Positions 50,696-61,167 of a stretch of 64,000 bases of DNA are shown piece by piece. The DNA comes from Hemiscyllium ocellatum (taxonomy: Eukaryota). The DNA lies in contig NW_026867498.1 in NCBI RefSeq assembly GCF_020745735.1, forward strand, positions 1,639,822 through 1,703,821, read 5' to 3'. Below the pieces are notes generated by a model, which was not told where the DNA came from, did no database searches, and worked only from the letters and a program-made list of their open reading frames with translations. How positions within the stretch are numbered: the first letter of the stretch is position 1; each line of letters starts with the position of its first letter. The position numbers were made by a program, and so were the translations under genes.

Positions 50696-52084
50696 ATGGA
50701 GAAACGCGAGGAATCCCACCTCTTGGAGAAACCATGGAAGTGTGGTGACTGCGGGAAAGGCTTCCGTTTTCCATCTTCCCTGGAGATTCATCGGCGTAGT
50801 CACACCGGGCAGAGGCCATTCACCTGCCCAGTCTGTGGGGAGGCCTTCAGATATTCCTCCACCCTGCTGACCCACCAGCGGATCCACACGCGGGAGACGC
50901 CCTACAGCTGCCCCGAGTGCGGGAAGGCCTTTACCCAGGTCTCTGGACTGCAAAACCACCAGTGGGTCCACACAGGGGAGAGGTCCTTCAGCTGTCCCGA
51001 GTACAGGAAGGGCTTCAGCAATTCCTCCTCTCTGCTGAGGCACCAGCGGGTCCACACGGGGGAGAGGCCCTTCAGCTGCCCTAAGTGCGGAAAAGCCTTC
51101 AGGGATTCCTCCTCTCTGCTGAGGCACCAGCGGGCCCACACTGGGGAGAGGCCCTTCAGCTGCCCCGAGTGCAGGAAGGCCTTTATCCAGGTCTCTGGAC
51201 TGCTAAACCACCAGTGTGTCCACACAGGGGAGAGGCCGTTCAGGTGCCCAGACTGCAGGAAGGCCTTCAGCAATTCCTCCTCTCTGCTGAGGCACCAGCG
51301 GATCCACACGGGGGAGAGGCCCTTCAGCTGCCCCGAGTGCAGGAAGGCCTTCAGCAATTCCTCTGCCCTGCTGACTCACCGGAGGGTCCACACGGGGGAG
51401 AGGCCCTTCAGCTGCCCCGAGTGCAGGAAGGCCTTCAGCAATTCCTCTGCCCTGCTGAGCCACCAGCGGGTCCAGACGGGGGAGAGGCCCTTCAGCTGCC
51501 CCGAGTGCAGGAAGGCCTTCAGCAATTCCTCTGCCCTGCTGAGCCACCAGCGGATCCACACGGGGGAGAGGCCATTCAGCTGCCCCGCGTGCAGGAAGGC
51601 CTTCAGCAATTCCTCTGCCCTGCTGAGCCACCAGCGGGTCCAGACGGGGGAGAGGCCCTTCAGCTGCCCCGAGTGCGGGAAGGCCTTCAGCAATTCCCCC
51701 AACCTGCTGAGGCACCAGCGGGTCCACACAGGGGAGAGGCCCTTCAGCTGCCCCGAGTGCAGGAAGGCCTTCAGCAATTCCTCCGCCCTGCTGACTCACC
51801 GGAGGGTCCACACGGGGGAGAGGCCCTTCAGCTGTCCTGAGTGCGGGAAGGCCTTTACCCGCTCCTCCCACCTGCTGAGGCACCAGCGGGTCCACACTGG
51901 GGAGAGGCCCTTCAGCTGCCCCGAGTGCGGGAAGGCCTTCAGCAATTCCTCTGACAGGCTGACCCACCAGCGGGTCCACACTGGCGAGAGGCCATTCCCC
52001 TGCCCCAAGTGTGGGAAGGCCTTCATCAGCTCCTCCCACCTCCGGAGGCACCAGCGAGTTCACATTCCATCGCAGGGGGATTGA
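50696..52084 (+). CDS. C2H2 zinc-finger protein E, 462 aa, 16 finger repeats (3 lack a canonical Zn ligand)
   Basis: gccATGG start and an open ORF. Repeat 4 has CPEY and repeats 9 and 11 have HQRVQ. Ends HIPSQGD*. Confidence 0.92.
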   Translation: MEKREESHLLEKPWKCGDCGKGFRFPSSLEIHRRSHTGQRPFTCPVCGEAFRYSSTLLTHQRIHTRETPYSCPECGKAFTQVSGLQNHQWVHTGERSFSCPEYRKGFSNSSSLLRHQRVHTGERPFSCPKCGKAFRDSSSLLRHQRAHTGERPFSCPECRKAFIQVSGLLNHQCVHTGERPFRCPDCRKAFSNSSSLLRHQRIHTGERPFSCPECRKAFSNSSALLTHRRVHTGERPFSCPECRKAFSNSSALLSHQRVQTGERPFSCPECRKAFSNSSALLSHQRIHTGERPFSCPACRKAFSNSSALLSHQRVQTGERPFSCPECGKAFSNSPNLLRHQRVHTGERPFSCPECRKAFSNSSALLTHRRVHTGERPFSCPECGKAFTRSSHLLRHQRVHTGERPFSCPECGKAFSNSSDRLTHQRVHTGERPFPCPKCGKAFISSSHLRRHQRVHIPSQGD

Positions 52085-53568
52085 AGGAGTGAAGGCTGAA
52101 AGTCCAGTGAATAATGACAATCAGCCCAGCTCCCGGGACTCCCGGGTTTGAATCCCGCTGCAGCAGATGGCGCTATACAGGGTATGGGTTGAAATTGCTG
52201 AGTGAGGCAATGCTTCCTCCGGGTTACGGCTCTACCAAGGATCCAATTAGAAAGGGACACCTCGGTGCTGACCAATAGTGAAGACAGTGAGGTTGGGTGG
52301 GCGTATAAGCGTGAGTGAGTGTGCTTTGATCTTGAGCTGTTTAAAAAGCAGCTACTTTTTCTCTGCCTTTTTGCTGAGGGGGATTTGAAGCTTTAACAAA
52401 GTTGGGTCACAATGAAGGTGAAGTGAACTTAACGCCGAGCTCAGACTCTCATTGAAAGCTTTGAGCTCCAAGAGGTTTTGGTTTTAAAGCTACTCATTCC
52501 TTTCAGCCTCCTGCACTAAGCTTCCCATGTCGCTTATCAGTTGGATCAGTGAATGAGCAGCCAATATCGTTAGAAATTGTAAATGTTTCAGGAGTGCAGA
52601 GTGTGAGAATTCTATTCGAGAGGGTTCAGTAAAGATTTACCAGGATGTTGCCAAGACTGGAGGGAGGGTTTGAGTTATCAGGAGAAGCTGGGACTTTATT
52701 CACTGGAGCACAGGAAATTAAGGGGTGCCATCATTGAGATTGATAAAATCATGGGGAGTGGAGGTAAGGGCTCTTCCTTAGCGTAGGGGAGCTCAAGTCT
52801 AGGGGGCACATTTCTTTAAAGTGAGAGGAGAGAGATTTAAAAGGAACCTGAGCGGCAAGGTTTTGACAGAAGGCAGTTTACATGTGGAATGAAGTTGGAT
52901 GAGGATGTGGTAGATGCAGATGAAGTTCCAAATTTTAAATGACATTTGGATGAGTACATGAATAGGAAGGTTTAGAGGGACATGGGCCAAACGCAGACAA
53001 ATGGGATCTTATTGAAGTGGCCTTATTGAAAGCAGTAGAATTCTGAAAGGGGCTTGACAGGATTGATGCAGATAAAATGCTCCTTTGTGGGGTGAGTCAT
53101 AGAATGCCAACAATGTGGGTGCAGGCCATTCAGCCCATTTATTCCATGCTAGCCCTTCGAAGAGCATCTCGCCCACATCCATCCCATGGCCCATCAACCC
53201 TAAATTGCACATCTAGGGTCACTATGGGTAATTTACCACAGCCAATCCACCCGAACCTTTACACTCTAATCTATAAATTACCTTCTCAAAAATGACATTT
53301 AAATGTAGAGTTTTTCTCTAAGCAAAACGTCAGTCTGACTCAACATTCGGGTGCAGTCAGAATTCACACTTATTGTCAGAAAAGCTCTGCATTTGAATGA
53401 CATTCTTGAGTAGGTAACAAAAAACAAGTTCTGGGATTAACATGCTAAAGAACAGAAACCCATTCTAAAGGTGAAAAGATTTAATCTAAAATTGTTTGAT
53501 GTGTCACATTTCCATGACACTAGAATCCTTTCGATATAAATTGTGATCATGATCTCATTCTCCACAGC

Positions 53569-53603
53569 CACCTGATGAAGGAGCGGCGCTCCGAAAGCTA
53601 GTG
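53569..53603 (+). ncRNA. Minimal hammerhead motif in a third Penelope-derived family
   Basis: cac-CTGATGA-a-ggagc-ggc-gctcc-GAAA-GCTA-gtg: intact core, palindromic AGCT, stem I cac/gtg. Confidence 0.7.
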
Positions 53604-54844
53604 CTTCCAAACAAACCTGTTGGATTATAGCCTGGTGTTGTGCGATTTTTAACTTTGTCCATGGGAAACACATGAGTTGTGGGACTGGTAACAGTTCTTA
53701 TTTTGTGATCTATTCCAAGTGAAATTTCTCCTCTGCGCAGGCACGGGTGAACAGTTTGTTTTTTGTGCTTTGCGCGAGATCGGGCTAGCAGCTTTTAAAT
53801 CCTTATGTTAAGCAGTCGAAGTAAACTGTCGATCAGCAACTGTATTCCGAGAGTGGTACTTCCAGCTCTGGTAATCCTGTTGCATCAGAGAGAGGGAGAG
53901 GATGTCACATCTAAAGAGCAGACTGAAAAGTTATTTCGCTTGTTGAGTCAGTTCCTCCCTCAGATGAGACGGGATATTGCTTTTAATGGATCATAATTAA
54001 ATGCTACAATGGAACATCTTAAATTTGAGGAGGTTTGAAAGGGCAAACAAAACAGTTTCTTTGAAAAGAGATATTGTTCCATTTCTAATCTTGGGTGACC
54101 CATGAGACATTTTTACTGAGAGCGCCATAATCATCTTCCTGCTGGATTTTTTTCAGGGCAAGCAATTTCTGGTGAGAGAAATTCTGCATCCTGGGAAGGC
54201 GGGGAAATTAACATAAAAACAGGCTGTTAAAAGCATTTTAACTGTGGGTCCAGGAGCTTTCGTGGGAGCAGTGCATTTGCCAAAAACATTTCGGAGGAAT
54301 TCTGTCGAACTGTTGGACTGAAAGTAGTTTCCCCACTGAACATTAAACAGGCATTGAGAACGTTGCGCATTATAGTGTGTTCCTGAGGACCGGAGGAGGA
54401 TTGAACTTGCCAACGTGAACCACACTTTGCAGAGAGAGGAAATTTCTCCGGATGGAAGAGGTTGATGGAAGTCAACAATTGTCAGATTATTTCATGAAAA
54501 TAACAGCTGCTATAGGGAACACCTAGAAGAGGGGCGTGTGTAATGAGTACACAGAAACAAACTCTTCAGTCCAGGCCAGCCAGATATCCTAAATTAATCT
54601 AGTGATCCATTTGCCAGCATTTGGCCCATATCCCTCTGAATGCTTCCTATTCATATCCCCATCCAGATGTATGGTTTTCTTTGGAGAATACTTGGGTGAG
54701 AGCCAAGATATGCTATTACTCAGCCTTTTCCCACTGAGCTTGACCTTTTCTTCATGTTAATTGGAGCTGGAAAAGCCTGAAAGCTGAAAAGGATTCCTGG
54801 GGAAAAAAAAACTTTTCCTTTCAGTCGCTACAAGTCAATAATTT

Positions 54845-55035
54845 ATAGAATCCCTGCAGTGTGGGAAGAGGCCTTTCGGACCAACCAGTCCACACCAACT
54901 CTCCGAAGAGCAACCCATTCAGACCCATTTCCCTATGACTCTACACTTACTTCTGAGTAATGCACCTAACCTACACATCCCTGATTGCAATGGGGAATTC
55001 ACCTAACCTGCACATCTTTGGATTGTGGGAGTAAA
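54845..55035 (-). mobile_element. HE1/V-SINE 3' portion
   Basis: Reverse complement has the V-core cccacaatccaaagatgtgcaggttaggtgaatt and the CR1-derived tail gtgtggactggttggtccgaaaggcct. Confidence 0.75.
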
Positions 55036-55097
55036 ACCCACGGCCCTTGAGCCCAGCATTAAAAATAAATGGAAAACGGCAGTGGCAAAAGAGAGCG

Positions 55098-55455
55098 CCG
55101 TACTCACAGAAGTGGGACAAAGGAGGGAAGTTGCAGTCCGGCGTGAAGGTGAATCTTCATTCATGGCAGAGAATCAGCAGCAGGTTCAGAAACTCATGGT
55201 GCACCTTCCGCATTCAGACACCATGGGGGGTTCTGATTGGCAGGAGGACCGGTCTTCTTCTGGTCCTCCTTGGCATTCTATTGGTTCGTCAAAAGTAGTT
55301 CGCGCGCCTTTTCGGCGGACAGCAAGAAGCATGCGCAGTGATTTGCTGACACCAGCAAATATACGTTATGCCTTACTAACACCGAGGAGCATGCGCAGTA
55401 TGCTCTGTGGAGATGCCGTTATTACTGACGTTTTTAAGCGTCCAAATGCAAATCG
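55098..55455 (-). promoter_or_regulatory. Further copy of the ZNF promoter module with intact donor, pointing toward the 3' end of gene E
   Basis: gcatgcgcag twice, ttcgcgc, ctattgg, ctgattgg, cttccgc and gtactcac (donor). Confidence 0.6.
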
Positions 55456-55936
55456 GAAAAAAAAGGATAGAATCACATTTTTTCCTGTGGCTTAAGATTT
55501 TATTCCTTTTGCATTCTCTCTGGCTGTTCCATACATGTACCACCCTCTGTGTGAAAAGACTGCCCCTTAGGTCTCTTTTATATCTTTCCCCTCTCACCCG
55601 AAACCACGTCATTCCAGATGAAGGGCTTGTGCCGATAGGTCAACTTTCCTACTCCTTGGATGCTGCCTGACCTGCTGTGCTTTTTCAGCACTGCACTTTT
55701 TGACTCTGATCTCCAGCATTAGCAGTCCTCACTTTCTCCACTTCCCAATATATCACCATTTAAACAATACACCTCATTTCTGCTTTTTTTTCCACAGCAA
55801 AGACTATAACTTCACACTGTGGTACTGCACTTGCCACATGTTTGAGGCACAGACCTGGACCAGCTTTTCCAGAGTCTGGCCTCTTTCTGGATTCACTCCC
55901 TTTCTTTGCAGTTGCTGCAAGTCAACAATTGGATCC

Positions 55937-56166
55937 CAGCTGAAAATGTGTTGCTGGTTAAAGCACAGCAGGTTAGGCAGCATCTCAGGAATAGGAAATT
56001 CGACGTTTCGAGCATAAGCCCTTCATCAGGATGTTTCCTGAAAAAGGGCTTATGCTCGAAACGTCGAATTTCCTATTCCTGAGATGCTGCCTAACCTGCT
56101 GTGCTTTAACCAGCAACACATTTTCAGCTGTGATCTCCAGCATCTGCAGACCTCATTTTTTACTCG
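55937..56166. mobile_element. Head-to-head Penelope pLTR insertion: 95-bp palindrome with 17-bp TSD
   Basis: Arms 55937-56031 and 56036-56130 with 2 mismatches. TSD aacaattggatcccagc at 55924-55940 and 56167-56183. Confidence 0.92.
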
Positions 56167-57670
56167 AACAATTGGATCCCAGCAAGAAAATAAAAGAAAT
56201 AGAAAAGGGAGTGAGAGTAGTGTGTGCTGTTGGACAGACGAAGGAAATTACAGTCTTGGATGAATCTCAATCTTCATTCAAAGAGGGAGGAGCAGCAGCA
56301 GCTTCAGAAGCTCATGGGTCAAGATTGAAGTCGTGCTGGAAAAGCACAGCTGGTCAGGCAGCATCCGAAGAGCAGGAAAATCGACATCTCGGATTCAGAC
56401 AATAGGGCTGCTCTGAATGGTAGGAGGACTAGACTCCCTCCGGTGTTCCAGTGCTCCTCATTGGTCCGGCCGCTAATACTATTCTTCCTATTACAGGGCG
56501 GCCACAGGTGTACTCAGGACTCCAGAAAAATGGCCTCACCAACATCCTGTACAACCTCAACATAGAACAAAGAAAATTTACAACCCAGCAATAGGCCCTC
56601 CAGCCCTCCAAACCTGAGCTGATCCAAATCCCCTGTCTAAACCTATCGCACAATTCCTGAATCTGTATCCATCTGTTCTCCAATGACTCATGCATCTGTC
56701 CAGATGCACCTTAAATGAATCTACCGTCCCTGCCTCTACTACCTCTGCTGGCAATGCGTTCCAGACACTTATCACCGTCTGAATAATGTACTTTCTGTGT
56801 GCATCTCCAACATGATGTCCCAACACCTGTACTCAGCATGTGAACAATGAAGGCAAGTGTGCTGAACACCTTCTTCACCCCCCTGATCTACCAGTGATGT
56901 AACTGCCACGAACAATGAACCTGAACACCTCCAGGTCTTTGTTCCACAACACGACTCGGGCCCTACCATTACCTGCTCAAGTCTTGCCCTCCTTTATTTT
57001 AGCAAAATGCAACTCCTCACTGATATCCGTACCCCTCTCATACACACACGCGCTCTCTCAGACATACACATGCACCACCCTCTCAACACACACACCCTCT
57101 CGCAAGTTCATACTCCATCACAATCTCACTTTATCAAGCAGGCACACATGCTCTCACACACACTTCCCTGATGAAGGGCGTTTCCCCGGAACGTCAATCT
57201 TCCTGCTCCTTGGATGCTGCCTGACTTGCTGCAGTACCACACACTCAATCCTAAACCTATTACCCTCTAGTTCTGGACTGCCCCATCCAAAGGAAAATAT
57301 CACATCCATTTACCCTATCCATGCCCTTCATGATGATATAAAAGCATATAAGGTCACTCCTCAGACTCTGGCAAGCTGCGGAAAACAGTCCCAACCTGAA
57401 CTTGTCTCTCCTCACCCGGGTCACCAAGACACATACCTGAGGTGGTAAAGTCTGCTCCCTCTCTGGATTCACTCCAGTTGCTACAAGTGAGCCTGCTCCA
57501 TCATTCATTAAGATCATGGCTGATCTATCCATCGTCTCATCTCCTTCTCCCTGCACTGCCGCAAGGAACCCCTTAATTCCCTTACCAGGCCAAATCCCAC
57601 CCAACTGTGTCTTGAATATACTTAATGAAGCTGCCTCTATTGCTTCCTTGGCCAGAGTATTCCATAGATT

Positions 57671-57763
57671 TTGATGAAGGGCTTTTGCCCGAAACATCGA
57701 TCTTCCTGTGCACTGGATGCTGCCTGACCTGCTGTGCTTTTCCAGCACCACTCTAATCTAGAT
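57671..57763 (+). mobile_element. Short Penelope pLTR insertion with 13-bp TSD
   Basis: ttgatgaagggcttttgcccgaaacatcg..., flanked by tattccatagatt at 57658 and 57764. Confidence 0.8.
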
Positions 57764-58837
57764 TATTCCATAGATTCACGACCCTCTGGGAAAAGCAGTT
57801 CCTCATCTCTGTCTGAAAGCTACTCCCTCTAACCTGGAGGCCTAGTGTCACCCACTAGCAGAAATGACCGGACAAGGTAGGACTTCATTCCCACAGTGCA
57901 ATGACATTGGGAAGATGTTTCCATCGGTAGGAGAGATGAGGACCAGAGGACACAGCTTTAAGAATAAAGTGAAAACCTTCAGGAACAGAGATAAACGATG
58001 TCTCCTTTTCTGCTGACAGCGAGGAGCATGGACAATGTATTGGTGACATGAGCGAGCAGGTGCACTGTTGTTCACACCGAGGAGCAGTCGCAATGTGCTC
58101 TGTGGCGATGCTGGTGTTGTTGACAGATGTTAAGTGTTCAAATGCCAAGAGGAGAAATAAAGGGTAGAGCCACAGTTTTTTTTTCCCCTATGAGGCTCAA
58201 CATTTTATAGCTGGCTGCTCAACTTTTTCTAAAATGTCTTTTCCCCAGAGTAGGGGTGAGGTTCACAACTAGAGGGCATAGATTTTGGGTGAGAGCAGAA
58301 GGATAGAAAAGGTACCGCAGGGGCAACTTTTCCATGCAGAGGATGGTGCATGTATGAAATGAGCTGCGAGAGGAAGCAGTGGGGGCTGGTATAACTACAA
58401 CATTTAAAAGGCATCTGGATAGATATATGAATATAAAGGGTTCAGAGGGATATGAGCCAAGTGCTGGCAAATGGGACTACATTCATTTAGGATATCTGGT
58501 TGGCATGGACAGGTTGCACCAAGTGAATGTGTTCCCATGCTGTACAACTTTGTGACTCAATAATAAAAAAGTATATTTTTCAAAAACCAAACTATCTCCA
58601 TGTTAACAAGGCTTAGTTCACCACATACTTTACTAACCATTCTCAACAGGTCCTGCCCCTTCAATGACTGAGGAACATATACATGTTGGGGCATAGTATC
58701 CTTCACTAGTATTTACACACTACCCTCAGCAATTGCACAAGTAACAGCAAAGGGCAAACAGCACAAGGATTAAACACACAGTGAGGGGTAAACAGCACAA
58801 GCGCCAGTAAAAGCAGATGGAAAGTGAGTGTAAAATA

Positions 58838-59133
58838 CCGGTGTCTGCCCCGGGCCGCACGGCGCCATTTTCCTAACGGCCGCTTCCTCGCTCGAGCGAC
58901 TTCTCCTCCCAACCGCCTTCGCCCCCGCGTGACGTCTGCACGGGGGGATGGGCGGGGCCGGGGGAGCCTCACCGTCACCAAGCAACAGCCACCTCGCGCT
59001 ACAACTGCTCATTCACAAAAACAAACTCTCCTGTCTCGCTCTGCAGCTGCAGGGGGGGACACTGCCACGTTTCGAGGAGCCCTGTCTACATTGGGAAAGC
59101 TCACCGCTCCATTTAAACAGATATTCCCACATC
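58838..59133 (-). pseudogene. QSOX-derived promoter plus first codons, copy C (rest of exon deleted)
   Basis: Near-identical to 34437-34745. MAPCGPGQTP is joined directly to the sequence flanking the minisatellite. Confidence 0.85.
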
Positions 59134-59759
59134 TAACGGAACGGCCTCATATCTAAAGGGGGCAATCTGCATTTTAAAGGGACATGGACATTTTAACGGT
59201 ATTTCTGCAAATAAAGAAATTTAAATGGACGAGATTACATTTCAAAGGGATGTGGGCACATTCAAAGGGATATCTTAATATATAAAGTGACGCAGTTATA
59301 TCTAAATGAATCTACATTTCGAAGAGACGTTGCCCTGTTTATAAGTAGAGACAATAGCTGTGAATACTGTCTGTGCCCCAATGTTCAGTCAGACTGACAT
59401 TTTTCTCAGAAAAGCTCTGCACTTAAATTACATTCTTGAGAAGGTAATTTATAGATTAGAGTGTAGGTTAGGGAGAATTGGCCGTGCTAAGTTACCCATA
59501 GTGACCAGGGATGTACAGGTTAGGGTGGATTGGCCGTGGGAAATACAGAGTAAGGGGTTGGGTATGGGTGGGATACTGTTCAGAGGGCCAGAGTGAAATA
59601 GATGGGCTGAATGGCCTGCTTCCACATTGTCGGAATTCGAGACCCTCCCCACAAAGAGGCATTTTATCTGCATCGATCTTGTCAAGCCCCTTTCGGAATT
59701 CTACTGGTTTCAATAGAGGCTGCTGCCGCTGGAATACAGAAAATGTACCATTTATTTGT

Positions 59760-59975
59760 TGGTATCACTGCTGCCTCACAGCGGCAGAGCCCCGGGTTCA
59801 ATTCCTCTCCCACATCTGCGTGGGTATCCTCGCGGGTTAGGGTGAATTGGCCACGCTAAATTGCCCCGTAGTGTTAGGTGACGGCGAATGGGGCTGGGTG
59901 TTTTGCTCTTCGGCGGGTCGGTGTGGACTTGTTGGGCCGAAGGGCCTGTTTCCACACTGTAGGAATCTGATCTAA
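59760..59975 (+). mobile_element. HE1/V-SINE with internal deletions
   Basis: tRNA-derived head cactgctgcctcacagc...cccgggttcaattcc (B box), V-core remnant and tail gggccgaagggcctgtttccacactgta. Confidence 0.85.
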
Positions 59976-60184
59976 AGTTCTGGAATTTATATATTGATGA
60001 ACTAAAACCTGCAACCTGTTTTAAAAGATGAAGGACTCAGCAGCGATCCAGGTTTGTTCCAAATATTGCGTCGGTTGCATGACGCTGTGATCTGTTGCTA
60101 TTAATTCTGTGCCTTATGATCCTGCAGCACAGCTCCCCGCAGAGGAGCAGCGCTGCAGAGGCTAGTGCTTCCAAACACACCTGG

Positions 60185-60722
60185 GTGGGCGGGGCTTACC
60201 AGGAGGGGCGGGGTTTAGCCTGGGGGCGGGTTTTAGCGGGAGGGTGTTGCTCATGGGCGGGGCGTGTCTCGTGAAAGGAACGCGCGCTAGTAGGCGGGGC
60301 GATGCGGTGCGTTGAGCCTGGAGGCGCGCGGCTTTGTGGGCGGTTGCTCGTGGGGGAAGGGGGCGTGGTTTTTATTCGCGCGGGGTCCAGGGAAGGGGTG
60401 GGTTTTGGTGCGGAAGGGGGAAGGAAGTGTGGTTCCAAGAGGCGGGGCTTTGTCTCGAAGGGCCAGGGTTTACGAGCTTTGTTCGGAAGGGGCGGGGTTT
60501 ACAAGCTGCGTTCGGAAGGGGCGGGTATTACGAGGTTTGTTCGGAAGGGGCGGGTATTACGAGCTCTGTTCGGAAGGGGCGGGGTTTACGTGCTGCGTTC
60601 TGAGGGGGCGGGGTTTACGTGTCGCATTGGCGTCGGAGGGGGCGGGGCCGAGGCCGTCCCGAAGACGGAAGTGTGTCCGCGGCCTATTGCCTCCGCTGGA
60701 GTCTCGGCTGCAGCAAGTAAGG
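60185..60722 (+). promoter_or_regulatory. CpG-island promoter with 6-unit GC-box minisatellite and donor (mirror of 13892-14455)
   Basis: 29-bp units ending at 60473, 60502, 60531, 60560, 60589 and 60618. ACGGAAGTG, and donor at 60717. Confidence 0.7.
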
Positions 60723-61167
60723 TAAAACTTTATCGGTATTTCCTTTTACAGAGTTTGTATTTAATAACCAGTAATGGCTACTCAATATCATCATAAAGTC
60801 CCAAAATGCCATTCATTTCAATCCATTGCAGATAAACACTAAGAGTTAATTTTCTACGGGATTCAACAGCCTCAGCACTAAAATGGTCTCACAAGGGAAC
60901 GGCTGTGAATGTTATCACTTGGTGTCCTGTTCACACAGATTCACCGATGCTGAGGCAAACCTTCTTAATTGCCTTACAGCATCCTGTTATCACTTGGTGA
61001 GCCCAGGTGTCCCTATCTTTAAGTTCTCTCCTCTTTCTGAGCCTTCCTGCCTGTTTATTTTCTAGTGCAGTAAATGTGTTCAATAATTCAGCATTACATT
61101 TTAGTCTAAATGTTTAATGACAAGTTTTAAGGCTGTAGACTTTATCACCCAGATGCCCACACCCTCA

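Noticed and set aside
59760-59810. tRNA gene suggested by the B box GGTTCAATTCC
   Set aside because: It is the tRNA-derived head of an HE1/V-SINE with no complete cloverleaf.
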